In this document: in pieces, positions 58,388 through 64,000 of the stretch
Layout of the letters: the number at the start of each line of letters is the position of its first letter
Position numbering within the stretch: the stretch's first letter is position 1
DNA from: an uncultured Verrucomicrobiae bacterium
Lineage (GTDB): Bacteria; Verrucomicrobiota; Verrucomicrobiia; Limisphaerales; J093
Direction of reading: 5' to 3'
DNA length: 64,000 nucleotides
NCBI GenBank assembly: GCA_963846445.1
Contig: CAWJWM010000004.1
Span: 59,879 to 123,878 of the forward strand
The notes under the pieces: generated by a model
Told to the model about the DNA's origin: nothing
Database searches by the model: none
The model's input: the letters and a program-made list of their open reading frames with translations, nothing else
Made by a program: the position numbers and the translations under genes

Positions 58388-59555
58388 TCACAGCGCCTCG
58401 TCGAACTCGCCCAAGTCGCAGCGGGTAGCGTCCGTGTTGACGGACGAGCTTCACGATGTAGTCGTAGGTCTGGCCGGACACGTTGCTGGTCACGGAATGG
58501 TCGGATTGGAAGATGTAGCCGCCGCCTTTGGCCGCGTTGAGCTTGCGCAGACACCTCGCGGCGGATGGCGTCGCGATCGCCGCTCTCCCACACCTGGATG
58601 TCGCTGTTGCCGCAGAAGCCGATGCGGTGACCGTGTTGGCGGCGCAACTCGACCACGTCCAGCCCCGCCTTGGCCTCGAGCGGATTGTAGGCGTCAATCC
58701 CCATCTCGATGAAGTCGGCGAAGATGGCCTTCACGTTGCCGCAGCCGTGGTAGATCACCGGAAGCCCATGCGGCGTGGGCCAGCGCGATCATCCGTGCGA
58801 CCCACGGCTTGAAGTACTCGCGCCAGTAGCGCGGCGCCATGAACGTGCCTTTCTTGTAGGCAACGTCGCCCCAGATGACGAATCCGTCGAGCAGGCCCGC
58901 GCCGGCTTCGATTTCGGCCTTGGCCATCTCGACGATAGAAGGCCCCGATCCGGTCGATGACCGCCCCCATGCGCTCGGGGTACTCGGCCATCCAGAGCAT
59001 GGCGTTGCCTTGGCCGATCAGGCGCGTCAGGCATTCGCTCACCTCGATCATGCTCCCGTAGACCGGGAAGTCCGGGTAGAGGGACCGGATGGTGCTCGAT
59101 CCAGGCCGGCGAGTTGCGCTGGAAGCCGTCGCCGACGCCGGCGATCTGGTTGTCGCCCGCGGCGTGGAAACGCCGGCGATCGCGCGGATCGTCGAACTCG
59201 GCGCGTTCGAGTCGTTCGAACGAGTCCGTCTCCCACGCCCGCATCTCGGGCATGGGAAAGGCGAAGTGCTTGTGCAGGATCGCGCCGAACCCGGTTTTCA
59301 CCACCACTTCCTCCCGCGTTTCACGCACCGTCTCGAAGGGGCGAATCCATGGATCCATGTTCGGCGTCGTGACAATCCAGTCGAGGTCGTAGTAGTCATA
59401 CGGGTTGGCGTCGGCCGGAGGCCGAGTTCGCGACGCCAGCGCTCGGTGAAACTGCCCCAGAAGAAATCGCTGATCGGGATCCGATCGGGCTCCTGATGGC
59501 ACAGGGCAAGGCGCATCCGTTCGAGCTTCCGACAGGCGTTGTCTGTCCGCGCCAT
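58388..59555 (-). CDS. uroporphyrinogen-decarboxylase (URO-D)-fold family protein of sugar clusters; at least 5 frameshifts
   Basis: LALCHQEPDRIPISDFFW; GFVIWGDVAYKKGTFMAPRYWREYFKPW; VIYHGCGNVKAIFADFIEMGIDAYNPLE; GGGYIFQSDHSV. Confidence 0.6.
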
Positions 59556-59639
59556 TCTGCCGGTCCCTGTCCCTACCGTATCGAACATGCTCATGATGCG
59601 TAGATCCGGGTGTCGTCGCTGTCGTGGCGGAAAGTCTCA

Positions 59640-60255
59640 GGCACGCCGCCCCGGATGGCGATACCGAAATGGCAGGCCCAGGGAGCGCGTTGACATTCAA
59701 AGACTCAATGCCCATTGGGACCGTGAATCTTGCGCATTCCCCCTCACCCGCCCTACGGGCACCCTCTCCCACGCTCCGACCAGCGGGAGGGACGGCGTGG
59801 AGAGAGCCACCTGTTCCTTTATGAACTGCTCAGTGGCCATGAACCTGTACCGCCGGCTTTCCAGCCGGCTCGGGGGCAGTCACATGAGATTCCACCGTGC
59901 CGACCTGGAGGTCGGCGGTACGGGGGAGGTTCATGGAGAGAGGGTACTGTTTATGGAGGTTAGCGAGGCTTCGCCTCAGACCGGCGAGGCGTGTGAACGG
60001 CTTGTGGCCGCTCGGTGCCCGCCACGATCACCGGCGCCCGACGCCTCGCTAACCCGGGCACGCGGACACAGTGTGGTCGAGATTGGGTCCATCTGCTTGG
60101 GGCGCGGGTTTCTGACAGCCCGCATTTCAGGTGCGATGTGACAGTGACCGGTCAGATGACATCAAAAGTTGGTGAGAAATGCGGGCTAAGGGGCGCCGCT
60201 GCGCGGCGCAAAAACTTGGCTCATTGACTACAGATTTCAAACGAGGAGTAACTCT
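59640..60255. repeat. repeat cluster: module F (59640-59955), A' (59960-60052), inserted X-H unit (60053-60185), B (60190-60255)
   Basis: Same modules as 38661-38953, 39803-39960 and 4061-4195. CTAA occurs at both junctions of the X-H insert (60049-52 and 60186-89). Confidence 0.85.
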
Positions 60256-60290
60256 TGCGCGGTTTGCCGGACTGTGGCCTGCTTCGGACC

Positions 60291-60995
60291 ATGAAACTCA
60301 CGCGCCACAAGCGCAACATTCTCGTTCTGCTGGTTCTCACCGGATTCGGTCCCGCCGTTCTCGCCCAACCCGCCGGCGGCCCCGGGCGGCGGCCAGGCGC
60401 AGCCTCGGCCTTTGCCGCCGCACCGCAGGCCAAAGACGACGCGGAAAAGAAGATACTCGACGTGCTCGACGAGGTGGACCGAGTTCAGCGGCGGGGCACG
60501 ATGAGCGTCCCTCGCGACGACGGACGTCTGCTGCGTTTGCTGGCCGAGGGGGCGGGCGCCAAACATGTCGTCGAGTTGGGCACCTCGCATGGTTACTCCG
60601 GGATCTGGTTTTGTCTGGCGCTGCGGACCACCGGAGGCAGGCTGACGACGTTCGAGATCGACGCCCAGCGCGCAGCCGCAGCGCGGGAGAATTTCAAACG
60701 GGCAGGCGTGGACGGCCTGGTCACCCTGATCGAGGGCGATGCCCATCAGGAGGTGACGAAACTCGAGGACCCGATCGACCTGCTCTTTCTCGATGCCGAC
60801 AAGGAGGGGTATGAAGACTACTTGAAGAAACTGTGGCCGCTGGTCCGCCCGGGCGGACTGATCGTCGCCCACAACATCAACGCGGGCATGGCCGATCCGG
60901 GATTCATCCGGGCGATCACCACGAACCCCGGGCTCGATTCGGTCTTTCTGAGTGTCGGCTCCTCGGGGCTCTCACTCAGCCTGAAAAAGCGTTGA
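60291..60995 (+). CDS. class I SAM-dependent O-methyltransferase (family 3, CCoAOMT-like) with signal/anchor sequence
   Basis: VVELGTSHGYSGIW; FEID; IDLLFLDADKEGY; GGLIVAHN. Confidence 0.8.
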   Translation: MKLTRHKRNILVLLVLTGFGPAVLAQPAGGPGRRPGAASAFAAAPQAKDDAEKKILDVLDEVDRVQRRGTMSVPRDDGRLLRLLAEGAGAKHVVELGTSHGYSGIWFCLALRTTGGRLTTFEIDAQRAAAARENFKRAGVDGLVTLIEGDAHQEVTKLEDPIDLLFLDADKEGYEDYLKKLWPLVRPGGLIVAHNINAGMADPGFIRAITTNPGLDSVFLSVGSSGLSLSLKKR

Positions 60996-60999
60996 ACTC

Positions 61000-61249
61000 A
61001 GAGCGAGGCGTCGGACGCCGGTGATCGTGGTGGACACCCAGCGGCCACGAGCGGCTCGCACGCCGCGCTGGTCTGAGGCGAAGCCCCGCTAAAGTGACTC
61101 CTCGTTTGAAATCTGTAGTCAATGAGTCAAGTTTTTGCGCCGCGCAGCGGCGCCCCTTAGCGAGGCGTCGGACGCCGGTGATCGTGGTGGACACCCAGCG
61201 GCCACGAGCGGCTCGCACGCCGCGCTGGTCTGAGGCGAAGCCCCGCTAA
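61000..61249. repeat. A (61000-61092), B' (61093-61156), A (61157-61249): near-identical 92-bp direct repeat around an inverted B module
   Basis: The two A copies are identical by eye apart from the first base or two. The cluster ends one base before the ATG at 61251. Confidence 0.9.
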
Positions 61250-61250
61250 A

Positions 61251-61916
61251 ATGAATGCGGTCGAACCGCCCATGGAGAGGCGCGCTTTCACGTTGATCGA
61301 GTTGCTGGTGGTCGTCGCCATCATCGGCATTCTCGCTGGTTTGCTGCTGCCGGGGCTGAGCCGGGCCAAGCAACAATCCCGGTTGACCGCGTGCTCGTCG
61401 AACCTGCGGCAACTGGGCCTGGCGCTGGCCCTGTATGTGGATGGCGCGGGGCAGCGCTTTCCGCGCGCTGACTTCAGCGACAATCGGCTGGGATTGCCTC
61501 CCGCCACCCACACGAATTCCCTCCGGCAGACGCTGTCACCTTACGTGCCCGTGGAGCGTCTCTTCCTCTGTCCCACGCTGCGCCAGCAGGCCGGGCGGTC
61601 GGTGGATTATCTCACCGATTACAATTACCTCTGCGTGCACGGCTGGAGCCTGGTGCCGTTTTTTGGCGGCTTCGACAACGACCGGTCCGGCGTCTGCGAT
61701 CAAGCGATGGCGGACATCCGCCGTTCCTCGGAAAAGCCCATGATCGTCTGCGACGGCATGGGGGAGCACGTCGGTGTATCGGGGGACGCGGTGTTCAACC
61801 AGGGAATGGGTGGCGTGCGTGGCGCGCAGAACACGCTTTTCGTGGACGGGCACGTCGGTCTGGTGCGAGGCACCCTTCAAGATATCATGGCCATCTATCA
61901 GTCACCGAATCAATGA
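61251..61916 (+). CDS. prepilin-type N-terminal cleavage/methylation-domain protein (DUF1559-like)
   Basis: [26 protein letters not shown]; C-terminal FVDGHV motif. The true start may be the Met at 61272. Confidence 0.8.
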   Translation: MNAVEPPMERRAFTLIELLVVVAIIGILAGLLLPGLSRAKQQSRLTACSSNLRQLGLALALYVDGAGQRFPRADFSDNRLGLPPATHTNSLRQTLSPYVPVERLFLCPTLRQQAGRSVDYLTDYNYLCVHGWSLVPFFGGFDNDRSGVCDQAMADIRRSSEKPMIVCDGMGEHVGVSGDAVFNQGMGGVRGAQNTLFVDGHVGLVRGTLQDIMAIYQSPNQ

Positions 61917-62011
61917 TGGGCATCAACTTATTGGCCGGCAACCGTTTATTTCGGTGAGACCAATGCTATGCCAATGCTGAGTGCTGATGAGCTGGAACAT
62001 GATTTGGGGAA

Positions 62012-64000
62012 TCACTCGGCAGGGGGGGCTGAGCCCGGGGCCGAGTTATCGTCGTCGGCGTCTTCCTTTTCCTCGCTGATGACGGGGGCGATGCCCTGGA
62101 GGCGGTCGTTTTCGTCGAGGTCGATGAGTTTGACGCCTTGGGCGTTGCGGCCGGTTTCGCGGATATCCTGGGCGGCGATGCGCACCATCTGGCCGCCGGC
62201 GGTGATGAGCATGACTTCGTCGGTTTGGCGGACGGTGAGGGCGCCGACGACGCCGCCGGTGCGCTCGGTGGTTTTCATGGTGATGATTCCTTTGCCGCCG
62301 CGGGACTGGGTGCGGTACTCCTCGAAGAGGGTGCGTTTGCCGATGCCGTTTTCGCCGGCGACGAGCAGGGTGGCTTGCGGGTCCACGATGGCCAGCGGCG
62401 ACGACGCGATCCCCGGGATCGAGTTGGATGCCGCGGACGCCGGTGGCGGGCCGGCCCATCGAGCGGACGTCGTCTTCGGGGAAGCGGATGCTCATGCCGC
62501 CGCGGGTGATGAGGACGACCTCGTTATCGCCGCTGGTGAGGCGGACATCGATGAGGGTATCGTCGGGCTCGATGCCGATGGCGATGATGCCGCCGCGGCG
62601 GACGTTGGCGAACTCGGTCAAGGCGGTTTTCTTGACGGTGCCGGCCTGGGTGGCGAAGAAGATGAAGCCGGGTTGCTGCCAGGTGACGTCTTCCTTGGCT
62701 GGGCCGTGCGGCTTCGATGCGGATGAGGGCGGCGATCTTCTCGCCGGACTGGAGTTCGAGGAGGTTGGCGATGCTTCGGCCTTTGGCGGCGCGGCCCATG
62801 TCGGGGATTTCGTGCACGCGCTCGACGTAGACGCGTCCGGTGTTGGTGAAGAACATCAGGTAATCGTGCGTGCTCGCGGTGAAGAGGTGCTCGATGAAAT
62901 CGGGTGCGTCGCCCTCGACGACGGAGGTTTCGCGGGTGGTCATGCCGATCACGCCTTTGCCGCCGCGGCGCTGGGCGCGGTAGGAGAGATGTTGGTGCGT
63001 TTGATCAGGCCGTTGTGGGTCATCGTGATGATGACGCCTTCGTTGGCGATGAGGTCTTCGATGGCGATTTCGCCCTTCGTCCGGGACGAGGTCGGTCAGA
63101 CGCGGCGTGGCGTTCTTGGCCTTGACCTCCTGCAGTTCGGCCTTGATGAGGGCGAACACGCGCGCCTCCTGGGCGAGGATGTCGAGCAGATCGTCGATGG
63201 TGGCGAGCAGGGCTTTGTATTCGGCGGCGACCTTGTCGCATTTCGAGCCCGGTGAGCTGGTAGAGGCGCAGTTCGAGGATCGCGTCCACCTGTCGTTCGG
63301 TCAGGCTGTAGCGGCCGTTGGTCAGGCGCGCTTCCTGGCGGATGCGGATGCCCCAGCCTTCGACCTGGACGCGGGTCCACTCGAAGGCGAGCAGCTTGAC
63401 TTTGGCCTCGTCGCGGGTTTGCGAGGTCGCGGATGATGCGGATGAACTCGTCGAGGTTGGCGAGGGCGACGAGGTAGCCTTCGAGGATCTCGGCGCGGTC
63501 CTCGGCCTTGCGGAGCTGGAAGCGGGTTCGTCGCAGGATGACCTCGCGCCGATGCTCGATGTAGCAGTTGATCAACTCCTTGAGGTTGAGCGTCTTGGGG
63601 CGTCCGTGGTCGATGGCGAGGGCGTTGACGGCGAAGCTGGTTTCGAGCGCGGTGTGCTTGTAGAGGTTGTTGATGACGACCTTGGCGACGGCGTCGCGTT
63701 TGAGTTCGATGACGACCCGGGTGTTTTCGTCGGACTCGTCGCGCACGGCGGTGATGTCCTTGAACTCCTTGAGTTCGCCTTCGTTGACCAGCGTCGGCGA
63801 TGCGCTCGACCAGTTCGCGCGCGGTTGACGTTGTAAGGGATCTCGGTGACGATGATTTGTTCGCGGTCCGCCCTTGAGTTGCTCGACGCCCGACGCGGCC
63901 GCGGATCTTGACGCTGCCGCGGCCGGTGGCGAAGTACTGTCGGATGCCCTCGAGTCCGCACACCATGCAGCCGGTGGGAAAGTCGGGGCCTTTGATGTGC
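62012..64000 (-). CDS. gyrA: DNA gyrase subunit A, 5'-partial (runs off the window); at least 6 frameshifts
   Basis: GPDFPTG; IRDESD..RVVIELKRDA; LYKHTALETSF; C-terminal beta-pinwheel repeats (GGKG...); acidic tail, stop at 62012. Confidence 0.85.

Noticed and set aside
61000-61249. Possible CRISPR array (direct repeats with a spacer)
   Set aside because: There are only two 92-bp repeats. The 'spacer' is itself a known repeat module (B'). No cas genes are present, and the repeat length is far outside the CRISPR range.

Overview
GC-rich chromosomal window. By inference it comes from a PVC-group bacterium, most likely Verrucomicrobiota. The evidence is several 'FTLIELLVV' prepilin-type N-terminal proteins, an ECF sigma factor next to a Ser/Thr kinase-WD40 gene, a giant CotH/lamin-tail protein, and sialidase, GH172 and other glycan genes. 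Housekeeping genes recognised by motif: prmA, mnmE, aceE, a primary-type sigma factor, apt, ogg, mutY, a second 2-oxo-acid dehydrogenase operon (E1, E2, E3) and partial gyrA. Accessory content: a mobile-element graveyard at 1.0-5.2 kb (degenerate group II intron, internally deleted Tn3-type tnpA, truncated resolvase), an IS4-like remnant at 14.1-14.8 kb, an RHH/PIN toxin-antitoxin pair, and a long minus-strand sugar-salvage cluster at 49.3-59.6 kb. That cluster holds a URO-D-like gene, rhaT, a GH-like gene, an NTP-transferase/GHMP-kinase fusion, an orphan hydrogenase-maturation-protease homologue and a nucleoside-hydrolase-like gene. The most unusual signal is non-coding. Nearly every longer intergenic gap is filled with short modular repeats of at least six families. 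They are TA-flanked, have hairpin termini, nest into one another, recombine into a ~320-bp composite found as an inverted pair 38 kb apart, and repeatedly supply the stop codon of the adjacent gene. Frameshifts are numerous but strongly patchy: essential genes such as gyrA and the dehydrogenase operon are broken, while 6-kb and 3-kb ORFs are intact. I read this mainly as uneven assembly or consensus quality, not biology. No rRNA, tRNA or CRISPR array was seen. All calls rest on reading the ORF translations and the sequence by eye; no database search was run.
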